A stretch of 64,000 bases of DNA, taken from NCBI RefSeq assembly GCF_009834535.1, contig NC_045696.1, positions 108,750,001 through 108,814,000 on the forward strand. The letters are read 5' to 3'. The position numbers and the translations under genes were made by a program. This document shows, in pieces, positions 1 to 13,704 of the stretch (position 1 is its first letter; every line of letters starts with the position of its first letter). Source of the stretch: Camelus ferus (Eukaryota). Under the pieces are notes generated by a model. It saw only the letters and a list, made by a program, of their open reading frames with translations, ran no database searches and had not been told where the DNA came from.

Positions 1-3000
1 TGAGAAGGCAGAGCTGGGACCCAGCCACCCTAAGGGAGGTGGAAATAGGCCCCAGAAACTTCTTTTTCCTAGAAGAGCTAAATTAGACACATTTTCCTCC
101 ACTTTCAAATCCTGCAGGTTTTTTTGTCTTGGCTCCCTCAGGCTTACAAACTGGCTCATCGCGGCAGCTCAAGCTGACAAAGGCTCGAAACTGTTGAAAG
201 GTTCAAAATGTCCCTGGGGTTTCCAGGCATGAAGGAATTTACATGGAGGTGGAAAATTACCAAGAAAAACAGTTCTTATGCGGAGGGAGAGAGCAGGGAG
301 TGAAGAGACCTGAGGGAGAGGCCAGGAAGTGTGGCCGGGGAACAGGCAGGGCCTGTGAGGTTGCAGGACCCAAGGCAGGGCTTTGTGGGATACTAGGGAG
401 CTGGAGAGACACAAAGCAGGGGCCGGAAGAACCAAGAATGTCTCTGTTCTTCTTTAGGAGCTGCCAAGGCCCTGCCGACATCTAGAGATGGAATGATCTC
501 AGCTGCCCCGAGAGCCCCCCGGGGAAGCCACACGGATTCCCAGTTACAGGACATGCAGGCTCAGCCCCAATCCCCGGCTGGCTGGCCCTGAACAGGGCAT
601 GGGAATCCTGCTGGTTTGACCATGCCCTTGGGGACAGCAGCGGCACCCCTGCTGTTCTGAGGACAGTTCTGAGTGACCCAGCCCCAAGGAAAGGCTGCTC
701 TTTTCTGTAACCTAGAGGCAGTCTGCCCTCAGCCTTCAGCACTCTATCCTCTGCCCGGAGCCTTTCTGGGGCTTCCCAGCAGCTGGTGCCACGTCTATAC
801 TCTCTGGCCTCATCAGGGCCCTGGACCACCTTCCTGCAGCCCCAGCCCCTACACAAGGTCCAGTGATGCTCTGAGCATCCCCTCCCTGCTGGCCTGAGGC
901 CTCAAGCTCAGGCCATCCACTGCAGCCTGCTCCCAAGGCCCCCTCTCCCAGCCTCTTCTATGTCCCCTCAGGCCCATCCTTTCTATAAATCCCACAAGTC
1001 CTAAGACTCCTTCAGTGACCTCACCCAGGACCCCTACTTCTAGACTCTGGATGCATACATGGTCCCAGTCTGGAACTTACAGCCAGATTCTCGGCCTCAG
1101 CCCCAAACAGACCTGACCAATGCGATCTCAAAAGGGAGCACCTGGGGATGTCATTCTTTAAAACTTCTCCTGGGGGTTCCCATGCCCACTATGGGATCAA
1201 GAATCACTGTTTCAGAAAAAGCATCCTTCTCTCTCAGACCTGGGGACTCACCTCTCCCCACTTAGACCTTCAGCTCGCAAAGACTACCTGCCTAGACCCC
1301 CTGCCCTGAGGCAAGCGCATGGGCCACATTTTTCCAACGTGTGTTGACTGACCCATTGACCTGTCGTGGGACAGTGGACCATGCCCGTATGCTGATCTCA
1401 CTGCTCGACCGCCACGGCGCTGGGGCTGGCCTGCAGGGAGGTGGTGGCTGGGTGCCCAGGACTCCTGTTGAGCAGTGTCTGTGGATGGGGGCACGGCACG
1501 CCACTTTCATTCCACAGTCTTGTTGCCTGAATAACCAGAGTCAGGTGGTATGTTTAAAGGCTACACAGCTTACAGAGCGTCCTCATATCCATCCCCTCCC
1601 TGGATTGCCACATACCGTGGGAAATAGGCAGAGAGGATAAGACTGTCATTGGAAAAAGACTGATCTAAAAATCACCCAGAAGTTCACAGCACAGCTCCAG
1701 TCTCTAGGTTTGGCCTCTTCCACCTGGACACGACCTTCCGCCTTTCCATCACCCTGCATCTACAATAAAGGCCTAGGCACCTTTAAGGATCAGGGTGTGC
1801 CCTCTGAGGGGTGAGCCAGGGCCAGCCTGGCAGGAGCAAGGGACAATGGCAGGGAAGGGTATGTACTGCATCATCATTTCCTGATCCCTGACTGGGGCTG
1901 GACAGGCAGGATAATGAGGCAGCTCCTTCTGGAAGCTCCAGGGACTGTGTCTGCGGGGGAAAGCCAGGCCCTTATGGAACTCAGGGGTGGACACAGATCC
2001 AAGCCCCAGGAGAATACTGCGGGGGCTAAGATCTGGCTGCCAGAGGCTCTCCCAGCACCTGGGACCCCTCCTCGGGCACCCATATGGGATACTGCAGCCT
2101 TCAAGCTTCTAACAGACAGATAAGAGGTCTGCCCATGCCAAGTTCCCCCAAGCGATGGTCAGTCTCAGCCCAGCCATCCTCCCCTGAGACCAGCTTTAGC
2201 TGACGCAACATTTTAGGCTCCATGGCACAGAGAGAGCTTGCTGAGCACCTGGTCCAGGGACCACTAGGCTGCAGGGACTCACACAAAGAATCAACTTAGC
2301 CAGCAGCCTGAGAAGGGAAGGCATGCGGGTAGGGTAACGACCAAGCCATGATTTCCCATTTATCTGCTATACTATGAGCATAAAACTTAAAGTTGGAGCA
2401 GGTGGGCCATTTGCCTAGCAATTAACAATTTCAGGGAGCTAAATGCATGATGGAGTCGGAGGCCCTGGCAGGGTGAGCAGGCTGCTGTGATTCTGCTCGG
2501 TCAGTCCAACCTGCAGAAAGGACGAGTCCGGAACAGGCCTTGGGCCATGGAGCCCTCTAGAAAATGTGGGAGCCGCTTGTCGCACATCGTGATGTGCAAG
2601 ATCTCCCCACGGCTTCCTCTGCTTGCTAACCCTCCTCTCAGCACCCTCCCTCCTCACACCAGGAACAGCTCTAGGCCAGGACCACTCTTTGCTGGCTAAG
2701 CTGCCTAATTGGTCTCCAGATGCTTCTGCAAAACTGAGTGACTGGTCACCATGACTTTGACAGAAGAGGGTTTAGCAGACTCAAGGAGAGAGTCAGAGTA
2801 AGATTCTTGCCCGTGGTGAAAAGCCTGTCCAGCCAGAGAAACAATATAAAGAATAGTCTTTCTGCCACCCTGCAGATCGGACACATGCAAAGGCTCAGGT
2901 TCAAACAGCCAAAAAAGAAAATTTTATCAGATCAACATAACTGTGTGAATCGCAGAACCACGCAGGCTTCTCCCAGCCGGGCTCCAGGGCATCTGGTCTC

Positions 3001-5523
3001 AGGGCTGTGTAGGGAGAGAGTAGCTCACCTTCCTTCTCCAGTCCTACCAGGACAGCTGATGGAGATTCGCTCCTTCTCACCCACAATCCTCTATTGCGTC
3101 CACCATTCTCACACTCCAGGCCTCAGGAAAGCTGGCTGTATAAGGCAGGTCACCCCAAAATGGCTGTGAAGGGCGGCAGTGCCCACCTGACAACCAGCAT
3201 GAGCATGCAAGATGAGCTGAACACCTTCCCTTGAAGATACACCCCGGGGACCATCCTCCATCCCAATCCAAAGGGATTAGAGTCGTCCCCAGATCACTGT
3301 CTATGTCCTAGGCCCCTTCACCTGCCCAGGAAGCCCACTGCTGTGAGCCCTGGGGAGGGAGGATTGAGCTCAGCCACCAAGGCTGGGTTACCAGCAGAGC
3401 CCAGGGTGAAGAATTTGGAAGATGCAGCTTAAAGTTCTTGAGATGGAGGAAAAGAGGCTTCTCTGCCCTTCTAGGGCACTGAGCTCAGCCAGGCTGCTGG
3501 ACTGCAGGACCCATGATGCTGCCTGGCTTGACACCCTCCACTTTCAGAAATGCCACCAAAATGTGGCTGCCTGTGCCCTTGAAATGGAAACGTGATGGTG
3601 CCCTGGGGTCCCCATTTCCTCCAGCCTCCAAAGAGTTTGCAACAAGCCATTTGCGAAGTCAAGTCACAGTCCTAAGAGCTCTAGATTAGGAACGTGCACC
3701 ACAAGTCAGGAGAGGGTTGCGGTTGTGTAGAGAAGATGCGAGCGAGTGGAAAGAGACCACCTGCATTTACATATTTGTCCCCACAGGCCGCCCAGGACCA
3801 CCACCGGAGGTGACTGACAAGCAGCAGAGACAGCAGAACCGCCCCCCCACAAAAGAGAAAAGTTCCAATTAGACCAAAGACATTAGAGCCTGTTCCCAGA
3901 GTCCCAATTAAATCAGAACCAATCAATGCTTGCTCTGGTTCCTGCCGTTCTGCTCAGGAAATAATGAGAAAAATGAGAGGGCCCCAGCCAGCAAGTGCAG
4001 CATGGCAGCCCTTTGAAGCCTGGAGAAATCACCCTGCTACGGCAAGCGTGCCTGGCAGCTGCTGCACTTGTACCTTTAAGAAGTCAGCCTGGTGCCGGGG
4101 TCCCCACTCAGACCGAGACACGGCCCGAGAGGGCACCTCCCTCTCACCCCCAATCAACAGGACAAAGAGGAGCACTATGGAACCAGGCCCAGCTGGTTTT
4201 AAAACTGTCTGCTTTGATTCATCACTTGATCTGGCCTCTCTCCCCTGTTTCCACATCACCCACCACCCGTCATGGGTACCATACCAAGAAATCCCATAAA
4301 GACACAAAGGCACAGCTCTCCACTCCCAGCGGGCCTTCGGAACAGCTGTGTGAGGGCCCCGACCCAGGCAGGTGTCTGGAGAGCAAGGTAAGCAGGGAAG
4401 GAGACACACAAGGGATGTTCTGACACCCAGACAGGATGGGGATGATGACAGGGAACAGCTGGCAGGAAGCTCATGATGGAGAAGGAGCAACTACGGCTCC
4501 CCCCACCTCCAAGTTGTCCCCAAAGGATGAGGGCAAGCCAAATAATGAGTTAGGGTCAAGGTGGTCACTTCTGAGGTCCATATGGGGAGACTTGCTCTTT
4601 AAAGAATCTGAAACTTTGAAGGCCACAGTAAATTTTAATAAAGGAAAACTGTCTTCTCCTCCCCAACTTTGGATCCCCCAATGTTCAGCTTCCATGTACT
4701 CAAGTAACAGATGAGCTGTGGACCGCCTAGACCTTTCTGTTAACTCCCAGAGAAGACCAAGTTTCTAGCCAGGTCAGCATGTTTATGGCCACGTTTTGGA
4801 CATGTGCTCTCTTGGACTGAGGCGATCCAATGTGACACCCCCAACTGCAGAGCTGGCATCGCTCAGAAGCAAAGGTAACACAGCACAGGGTACTGCCCCA
4901 CCCCCATTCCAGCAACTTCCCCTCCTTCCAGGACATACTAAGTCGAGGCCCCATCCCTGCCACAGGGCCTGGCTCTGAGCCCCTGGAGGAGGACAGCCAA
5001 GCCAGGGGGCTTTGAGTTAATAAGCTGCATGGGTTCAGAACCAAGCTGAGTGCCAGGGGAGCTGGCCTGAAAGGAACTCAGATATTTTCCAAATTCAGTC
5101 ACTTCTCAATGACCCTTGAGTGACTTGTCCATGATAACCTAAATTCTCCATGGTTCAGAGTACGGGGCTACGGGGCTGGACAGGATGCAAGGGTGTGTGT
5201 GTGTGCGGGTGTGAAAGACAGAAAAGGAAAGTCTAAATGTCAGTGTCCCCAAAACTAAATATAACTGAATGGTTATTAAGTTATTATCCACCATTTGGAA
5301 TTCTCCCCATCGCTCCCCTCCAACCATGAAAACTGATATTCTGCTTGGACACAACTGGAAAATCATCACGCCTATTACAGGAGAAGAGGTTGCCTAGAGC
5401 TCTGGCAGGAGCCGTTAAGCTCTCCTGTCCCCTCAGGATCCAGAACTGGAGGTGGGGACCTTTGCAGGCCTGGCCCTGGCCCAGGGGTGCAGGAAGAAGA
5501 GGCCCAGGAGCCCCAGGGCTTAC
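1..5523 (-). other. EPHB1: EPHB1 intron 3, 5' part
   Basis: Begins with the GTAAGC donor. No exon 4 coding sequence (ACPAGTFK...) was seen. Confidence 0.88.
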
Positions 5524-6205
5524 CCTTGCAGGCCACGCTGTTCTCGGCCTCGTAACCAGGTCTGCAGGTGCAGCGCCCGATGGGCACCATCCACTCCCCG
5601 TCCCCGTTGCAGTAGAGTTTGATGGGCACGTCCACTTCCTCCGCGTTGGGGATGCACGTGCCCCGAGCAATCACCAGAGATGTGCTCTCTGCCCCAGTCA
5701 TGGTCTCTGGGAACACTGCAAAATTCTGCACGATGCTGGGACACTTTTTGAAGAAGACACGGACAGAAAGGAGAGACATACAGGCTCCATAATCCTGGAA
5801 AGCGAGGTAAAAACCATTCCGCGTAAGAGGCCCGAAGCTCCTGACCTCGGTGTTGACCTTCATCAACCTGCCCCCGAAGTCCACCTGGGAGAAGCTCTCG
5901 TCTGCAGCGATGGTGTCCACTTTGAGGTAGGGGGCCTCTGACCAGAAGGCCGACTTCTTGGTGGCAATGACGGAGTCGGTCTCGTAGTAGTACAAGTTGA
6001 AGGTCTCCTTGCAGGAGCCTGGAACGTTGGGGAGGCTGCTGCAGTCTCTCACCGTGAAGCGCATCTCCGTGTAGATGCGGTGGGCCCCCCGCCGGTTGAT
6101 GAAGGTGGTAAGCAGCCAGTTGTTCTGGTTGGGCTCGAAAACATTGCACACCTGGTAGGTGCGGATGGTGTTCAGGTTTTCATCGTAGCCGCTCACTTCT
6201 TCCCA
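5524..6205 (-). CDS. EPHB1: EPH receptor B1, coding exon 3 (ligand-binding domain and start of Cys-rich/sushi region), 682 bp, phase 0 to phase 1
   Basis: Translation [36 protein letters not shown]...[30 protein letters not shown] matches EPHB1 as I recall it. On the minus strand the acceptor is ...ttggtccag|TGG (AG at 6207-6206) and the donor is AAG G|gtaagc (GT at 5523-5522). Confidence 0.97.
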
Positions 6206-8600
6206 CTGGACCAAGCAGGCCACAGGCACACACATGAAAAACACAAAATAGAGAGTAAGAAGACGGGACTGGCAGAGCAGAGGAGAAGCCTGGAGCTGGA
6301 GGGGGCCTTATGAGCTCACCAGTCCAGCCGCTTGACTTGAGAAATGAACACACCTAATCCTCATTTCTTTCTAAAGATCTCCTTATATGCAGACTTCAGA
6401 AGATTTCTCTGTCACCTATCCCAAAATATAACACACTTCACCCTAGAAAACCTCCCTGTATCCAGCCTACAACTCTCATGTTGTGACAATGGCTCATTAC
6501 AACCACAGGGACAACCTGCAGCTCCTAGCCCTGCATGACGGCAGGGAATTTCATCCTCAATGCCAGTAGACTCTACTCGCAACAGTCACTCTGTGGATTA
6601 GGGGTCTGACCACCCCCACCTTGGACATGACACCCCCACCTTGGAAATCCTCCTTTCTGAACCTAATTTCTTTATTGTGGTGAAACTCCTTTATATCTCT
6701 GAAAAGCATATGAATATAAAGCTTTTCATAAGTGTTCAACAAACTTAGATTCACATAAACTTTTGTTTCATCCATCTCTTTGAAAGAGCTAGACTGTGAA
6801 ACCGGTAAGAGTAGAGGTAGCTAAGAGAGATTCTGAAGGAAGCAAATTAAGCTTCACTGTGTGCAAATTTCAAGCAAAGATGTGATGGAAGAGAATGTTG
6901 GACCGTGTTACTTAGGGAGTACGGAAAGCTTCTTAAAAAGGCAGAGACAATTGTGACTCATGTTGGAAAAGAGAGCTCTCATTTTCAGCAGTCCTGTAGA
7001 CTGGAAGAAGAGGAGGCACAATGTATTTATTAAGTGATCGCTCTCGATCTTCCCGACAGTTCCCCGTGGAACTAGATTCTATCAACCCCAATTTACAGGT
7101 GGAAAGACATCATTCAACTCACCCCTGGTCACGTGGCCATAAGAGGAGCCAAGGAAGAGAGGGGATAGAAACAAGTGCTTTGAATGGCCAAAGAAATTCA
7201 CCTCATAACTTATTTCAGTAACCGGCAGTAAGGGGAGGGGGCCCATAAAAGACACAGCTTCCTTAACCTGAGCCACTCTGAGCAGGGACCAAAGAAGAGT
7301 TCCTGCATCATTCTTTCTTCCTTGTGCTGGGAGAGGAAGCAGCTGCCCATCCGGGGGAGCTCTCAGGACCCTGACCTCAAGACCCGGGGGTACTCCCAGG
7401 AGGTTCCAATGTGTTTGCTAAAGAATTAAATAAAGAGCAGAAGAAATTCAACTTCCTAACATGAGAACAGCTTAAGATCCTTGACGATTTACAAGGGATG
7501 ACAAAAGAAATCAAACAGTACCATTTCTTTAAATATTGTGCTGATGGCTTATTATTCACAGTGTGGAGTTGAAATAGACGAATTAGAATTCTTCATTAAA
7601 AGAGCTGAAAGCTAATCATGTGTGCATGGGAAATATACTGTTGTGTCTTCCTGCACAGAATGAACCTTCTGGAGGAGCAAGAGGGAGGAGGCAAGGCTGT
7701 CCTTCAAACTTGTACCGGGGCTTCCAAAGACCAGGCATGGTGCAGAGGAAATGAAAGACTGGGTGCATGCAGAGGTGGCCCTGCCCAGCCAGGCCTGTAC
7801 AGTCACCTCATGGCCACTTCTGCTCCGGGTCCCCTCACTAGACTCCTAAGCTGCAGCCTATCTATGGCCCTTAACCCCCAGCCCCTCCCAGCACTCTCAG
7901 GAGGGCCAGTTCCCTCCCCAGTCTGGAGCACTTGATGGACTTCTTCCAGGATCCCTGCACACGGCCCACCTCACCTGGACTTTGCTTAATTCCTCTAGAT
8001 GTGGAGGAACCACTTTTTATTCCTTCCTGAGATGATGTTATGTTCTATTTAAATGTTGCTTAAAGTGATGTTCTGCTTGCCTGGGTTTTTGGAACCAGAA
8101 AGCAAATACATTAGGGAGAAGTCATCGCTGACAGTTGTTTTAGTTCAAAGTTTCAGGCCTCTCTCCCTTCCCAGGGCTATTTTGAAATCACATTTTTCCC
8201 AGTTGACCCTACATGACTTTTGAGGGAAGGACAGGCTTCTTTTGCTGCTCTGCAATTGTTTAAACACAGCCCGTCTCACGATCCATCGTTTTATTGGGAT
8301 GTATAAGGTCTCAGCAGGAACGTCGGGCTCCTTTGTCAAGGCACAAGTGAAACCCGTGACCCCATTTAGGGCGGGGACCTGGACTCCCTCAAAACTAATG
8401 CAGCTCTGCTGTGTGGGAGCAAGACAGGAAGCCCACCCCTGGGGGCCCACCACAGCACTGAAACTGTCACCGCCAGTGTGTCTTTTAATAGACAGAACGA
8501 GGATTTACACTCTTGCGGAGCTGGGATATTGAGGACATTTATCTTAGAAAATGACACTGATTGGTCTTATAAAACCCAACAGGGGTAATTGTTTCAAACA

Positions 8601-8650
8601 TTAACCTTCCTGGGCCTCAGTTTTCTCATCTGTAAAATGAGGAATCATAC
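8601..8650 (+). mobile_element. MIR core
   Basis: TTAACCTTCCTGGGCCTCAGTTTTCTCATCTGTAAAATGAGGA. Confidence 0.75.
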
Positions 8651-9074
8651 TGAGTGACCTCAAGTCATAAAATTCTACAGATCTAATTGATTCCATGACA
8701 GTTCCTAAGGGAGCGATCAAAGCAAATTAGGTAGAATACAGCTGTATGTTCCACGGGGAAGAGTGGAGAGAAACTGAGAGAAAGGAAAGTAACTCCCCGC
8801 TGTTTGGGAAAAGGCCATCGTGGAGTCTCTTTCTTTCCTTCTCTCCTTCTCCTGCCAGCAGGTGCAGGAGGGGCTGGAAAGATGACAATCAGAGTGGGCT
8901 AGAGGAGGTTCAGATGCTCTCTGAGCAAGTGGCTACTAGGATTAGGGGACTTGAAGAAAGAGAAGATTTGGGTAAATCGAGATGAGGGTGGAATAGCCTT
9001 CCAGTGGGAAGGGACAGACATGAATGATTTGTTTACGACACTTGGAATCAGCATCATCGTTTTATAGTTTTACC

Positions 9075-9780
9075 TCATTCATCCATCAGGGAAAAATAAG
9101 ATATTTACTGAATGCCAACTTTTGCCAGGCATTCCATTAGCCACAGGGGATGCAGCACTATGAAGCTGATAATCAGTGAGAGAAACAGAAATTAGACAAA
9201 CAGTAATTAAATTAACTAAATTATTACAATTGTGCTAACTGCTGTGAGGGAAAATTTCATGATGCCAAGGAGGCGGGTGCACCTGATATACAGAAGTGTG
9301 TCAGATAAGACCCTCCAAGCTGAGAGGGATGAGTGGGTAGAAATTAGCTAGGAGAAGTGTGCATCTGCTGTGGGCAGAGAGGCGCAGAGCATCCAGCCTG
9401 AAACAGCAAGTGCAAAGGCCCTGGGGTGGAGAAAAGTGGCCTGACACCGTGGAGTAATGAAGAGTCATAAAAAGCCAGAGGTGGCCAGAAGAAGACTGGG
9501 GAGAGGATGAGTCTGGTTGAGAACTTTAAACTTCATCCTGAGGATAACTAGAAGGCATTAATGAGTTTTAGGGAGACAAATACAGGTGATCAGAGCTGAG
9601 TTTTTAAAAGATTTCTCAGATGCAAAGTAGAGAACTGGGTTGGATAAGTGCATGAGTGGGTCAACTGGATGTCACTGTTGTGGTCCAGGTGAGAGATGAT
9701 GGTAGGGTGGACCAGACCGGTGGAAACTGAAAATATATCTTGGTGTAGAATCTCAAGGCCCTCAATAAGCCAAGTAGAGG
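9075..9780 (-). mobile_element. LINE-2 relic
   Basis: Antisense L2 3' end (TCATTCATCC...ATATTTACTGAATGCC...CCAGGC) and body motifs (AACAGCAAGTGCAAAGGCCCTGGGGTGG, GGTCCAGGTGAGAGATGATGGT). Confidence 0.75.
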
Positions 9781-10159
9781 GTGGGGGACAGAGAGAGGCT
9801 GGTGTAACCAGACTCAAGGGGCCACGTGTCCCCTTAACACTTTTCTATGCATCTGTCCTGCCTCCCCAACCACGCTTTGAGGTATCCCATGTTCCCAAGG
9901 ACACCGCTTCCGAGATCCTTGAAAAAGGGGAGTTTCACCAATGTTGGATATACCACACCTTTGCTGTTCAGACCCAGTTTCTTTTACCAAGACCTGAGCT
10001 GGCTCCAGTCCCCACGAGGTGCCCTCACTGCCCACCCCAAAGCCCTTTTCCTAAAGGTCTCTGTTCAGTGGCAGCTTCTCAGCCTCTACTTCTGGGCATT
10101 TGACACACTGCCACCTGTGTTCCTTCCTGTAATTATCACCTCCCATTAAAACAACGAAA

Positions 10160-11590
10160 CGCTATGATCTGCTTATCAGATTGGCAAAAAATGAAAAAGA
10201 TAAAATATCCAATCTCAGTAAGAATGCAGAGAAGAGGGCACTCCCAAGCCTACTGGTCTCAGTATAACTGGTGGCACCTTTTAGATGTCAAATCAATAGT
10301 TTCTCTCCACATTTAAAATAATGCCACTCAAATCAGGGAGGAAAAGGTGAATCTCTTTTTTTTAATTGTTGTAATAGCTGAATAGCCATCTGGAGATAAA
10401 TATAACTTTGCATCTATTCTTCCTTCTTTACTCCAGAATAAATTCCCAGTGAATCAAAGATTTAAACATTAAAAATGAAACCATAAAAATACTAAAAGAA
10501 ACCATGGAGACAATGTATGTATAGTAATTATGACATGAAACTCAAAAGCCATAGAAGAACAGATTGATCAATTCAGCGCCATCCAATATTTCTTAATTGG
10601 CAAGACAGAAACAGCCACTAAGTAAAATCAAAAGGAAAAAAGAAAGAAAAGAAAGAATGCTGGGAAAAAGACCACTTGCAAGTTATCACAAAGTGTTAAT
10701 TTCCCTTCATTTATAAAGAAGATCTATCCATCAATGATAAAATAGAAAAATGGGCAAAGAATGTTAACAAACTGTTTAATAAAAAGAAACAGATATAGTG
10801 TGTAAAGATATGAAAAGATGCTAAACTTCACTCATTATAATCGAAAGGGTCATCAGACGCATTGTGACACTTTTTTATTTTTTTTCATTAGACAAAAATT
10901 TGATAACACACTGTGTCGGAGAGGGTGTGGGGGATAAACATTCTGATACATAGCTGGATGAAGAGCAAACTGGTACAAACTTTACGGAAAAGTTGGTGTT
11001 ATTTATCAAAATTAGAACCTCATACACCCTTTGACTCAGCAACTGGGATCCATCCTCAGTCTGGGTGTAGGCTGCACTCCTTGGAGCTCTGCACTGGACC
11101 TGAATATGACAACTAGAACCCTGTGCTAATGTCCACCAACCAGCGAGCACATAAACAATATGTGCAGCCATTGAAAAACATGACATAATGATTTGATGTA
11201 GCCATATGAGGGAATAATATTTGGAAATAAAAGAGAAGGAATTCCTGGTACATGCAACAACATGGATGAACCTCTAAAACATGATGCCCAGTGAAAGAAG
11301 CCAAACACAAAAGATCAAATATTGTATGGTTCACCGACATGAAATGTCCAGAAAAGGCAAATCTACAGACAGAAGAGTGTTTGTATTTCCCTGAGCCCGG
11401 TATTGGAAATGGGAGTGACTACAAATGGACATGATGAATTGGGGGCGGGTGATGGAAATGTTCTAAAATGGGTTGGTGGTGATGATTCCACAACTCTGTC
11501 AACTTACTAAAAATCATTGGATTGTGCACTTAAAATGAGTACATTTTATGACATGCAACTTGTGCCTCAATACAGCTTTTTTTGAAAACC
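10160..11590 (+). mobile_element. Old L1 (L1MB/L1ME class): decayed ORF2 3' part and 3' UTR, probably more than one fragment
   Basis: A-rich, with L1 hallmarks ATCAAAGATTTAAACATTAAAAATGAAACCATAAAAATACTAAAAGAAA, GAAAAATGGGCAAAGAA, CAACATGGATGAACCT and GGTGATGGAAATGTTCTAAAATGG...TTACTAAAAATCATTG. Confidence 0.85.
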
Positions 11591-13147
11591 ACTCCTTGTT
11601 ATCTGTTATCTGTTTCCAGCCTACACCTCAACACCCAACAATGCTGGCCCAATTTCTCTTATCCACAAACAGTATGCCCCTGGCAACTTCGTCCCCAATT
11701 TGTCACCACAATTTGCCCTTTCTTCCAGAAAAATGTTCCTATCTGGTCTCTTTCCTGCATTCCACAGCCACGCACTGGTGTTGGCATGACCTCACACCTG
11801 GACTAATGCCCTGGCTTGCTGTTTGGTCAGAAGAAATGAGAGCAGACCAGGCAAGAGATGGCCAGGGCTCAAGCCAAGACCATGTCCTCTCACGTCACAC
11901 AGGGATGGTACCCATTTCTGCCCCATGATGTCCAGATGCCTTTCTTCCACCTCCTCATCCTCCCAACTCAACTCCTCTAAGACACGGAACCAGAGAACAA
12001 TAATCTGGCTGGAAGCCACAGTGAGTTGTGTCGACCAAGATCTTTTGTTGACAAACGGGCACGCTGAGGCCCAGAGACATTCAATAGTGACCTGGAGTCA
12101 GGCAGCTGATGGGTGGCAGAGCTCAGCTCTCTTCACAGCCCCTTCCTTTCACAGGGCTCAGGTTTTATTTCCTCCATGACATCTTCCCAGTTAATTTTCA
12201 GCTACCACTTTCCTGGATGCTCAAAGCATGATTGAGCTCATTCCACACAATTTAGCATTTGATAATACACTGTTTCAAACTATTCGTTAATTGCTTTGTT
12301 TCCACTGCCAGGCTGTGAGCTCCTTGAGGACAGGGAATTGGGTTTTGACTAATTTATTAGTTCATGTCAACAGAGAAATAACTCCACGCATTTAGCTTTG
12401 CAATGTGGGTATTATGTGACCACGTTTTTATTCAGTGATGTCTGGGACCCGTGAAATCCACAGGTTTCTCAGGGCTCCACCCTCACCCCCCTCTCCTCTC
12501 ACTTTTTATCTGGGTGATCTCAGCCACACACAAGGCTGCAACCACCATGGGGTACATTCCAGACCTCCCTAAGATGCCCAGACTTACTTATCCAGCTGCT
12601 GGTGGGACACCTCCTGACCCCTTCCTGGAAATTACCATCTTGCTCTCTGCAGTCCTGCTGCAGTGTCCCAAATCCTTCTCCCCCCAGATTTGCCTCTTAG
12701 GGGGCTAGGCTGTGTTGGGGACCTCCTGATATTCCCAGTACCTAGCCCTCAATAAACAGTGACAGACTGAAGGAATGAGCAAGGTCCTGGTCTGCTCCTT
12801 AACTTTTCTGCCTCCTCAGTCCCTGGGTCTTAGCTGGGGACTTACAGCAGGTGCCACCAGGCTAACTTGTCCCTGGGAGAAGACAAAGAAAGAAGCCTTG
12901 CACAACCAGCAGAACATGAACCGCCTTTGAAAGGGCATTATTAGTGATGCCAGTGGATCTCCTGTCCTTGAGATAAACATAATAAAGAAAATAACGACAC
13001 CCATTAGAAAGTACTTGTTCAGGCTTTCAGACCAGGACTTTGATGTTTGATAAAGATGCCCATAGGTGCCTCCAACATCTCAGTTTCTCAGACTTGCCTG
13101 TGGGAGTCTGAGCCTGCAGGTCTGATGCTCGGGAACAGCCGGAGTGC

Positions 13148-13150
<3 letters not shown>

Positions 13151-13190
<40 letters not shown>
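13151..13190. repeat. (TG)20 perfect microsatellite
   Basis: Read directly from the sequence. Confidence 0.98.
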
Positions 13191-13194
<4 letters not shown>

Positions 13195-13704
13195 ACAGTT
13201 TTCCTTCAAAACCACTGTCACAAACTCTATCCACTGGTCCATCTACACTGCCTTCTAGAACAACCTTCAGAAACCCTAACACGTTTTTTCTCCTCCAAGG
13301 GTGGATCTGGATTTTGAAAACAGGCAAAGGGCATCTGGAACCCAATCTGACGAGTCAGATGATGGAGTAAGCTAAGAAATTACATGGCCTGATCAAAAAT
13401 GAAGTTAAGAGTGAGCTGGTTCTACTTTGTGCCTCTGAAGAGATTTCCAAGCAGGGGGCACTGGAAAAACTTTTGATCGCTGGCCCTTCCCGGGACTGCT
13501 GCAACCCCAGGGCCGACCCTGCCCCTCCCAGAATGCCCGAGGGCTACGATGGCGCAGCATCATAGTAACTGGGCACTTCCTCTGGGCGCTGCTGTTTAAG
13601 ATGAGGACAGAAATCATCGAAATTGGCTTTTTAGCTTCTATGAGGCTAGGAAGAGGCTATTCTGATTTGTTTCAAACCCAGCTCATGTAACTCATTTTTA
13701 AAAT

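Noticed and set aside
5345..6149. Overlapping ORFs 5345-5941 (+, 198 aa) and 5520-6149 (-, 209 aa)
   Set aside because: These are antisense and alternate-frame shadows of a GC3-rich coding exon, with non-ATG starts and no recognisable protein features.
5375..6244. The 289-aa ORF as a complete single-exon gene
   Set aside because: Only 5524-6205 is EPHB1-like and it is bounded by canonical splice sites. The N-terminal [13 protein letters not shown] and the C-terminal tail are intronic.
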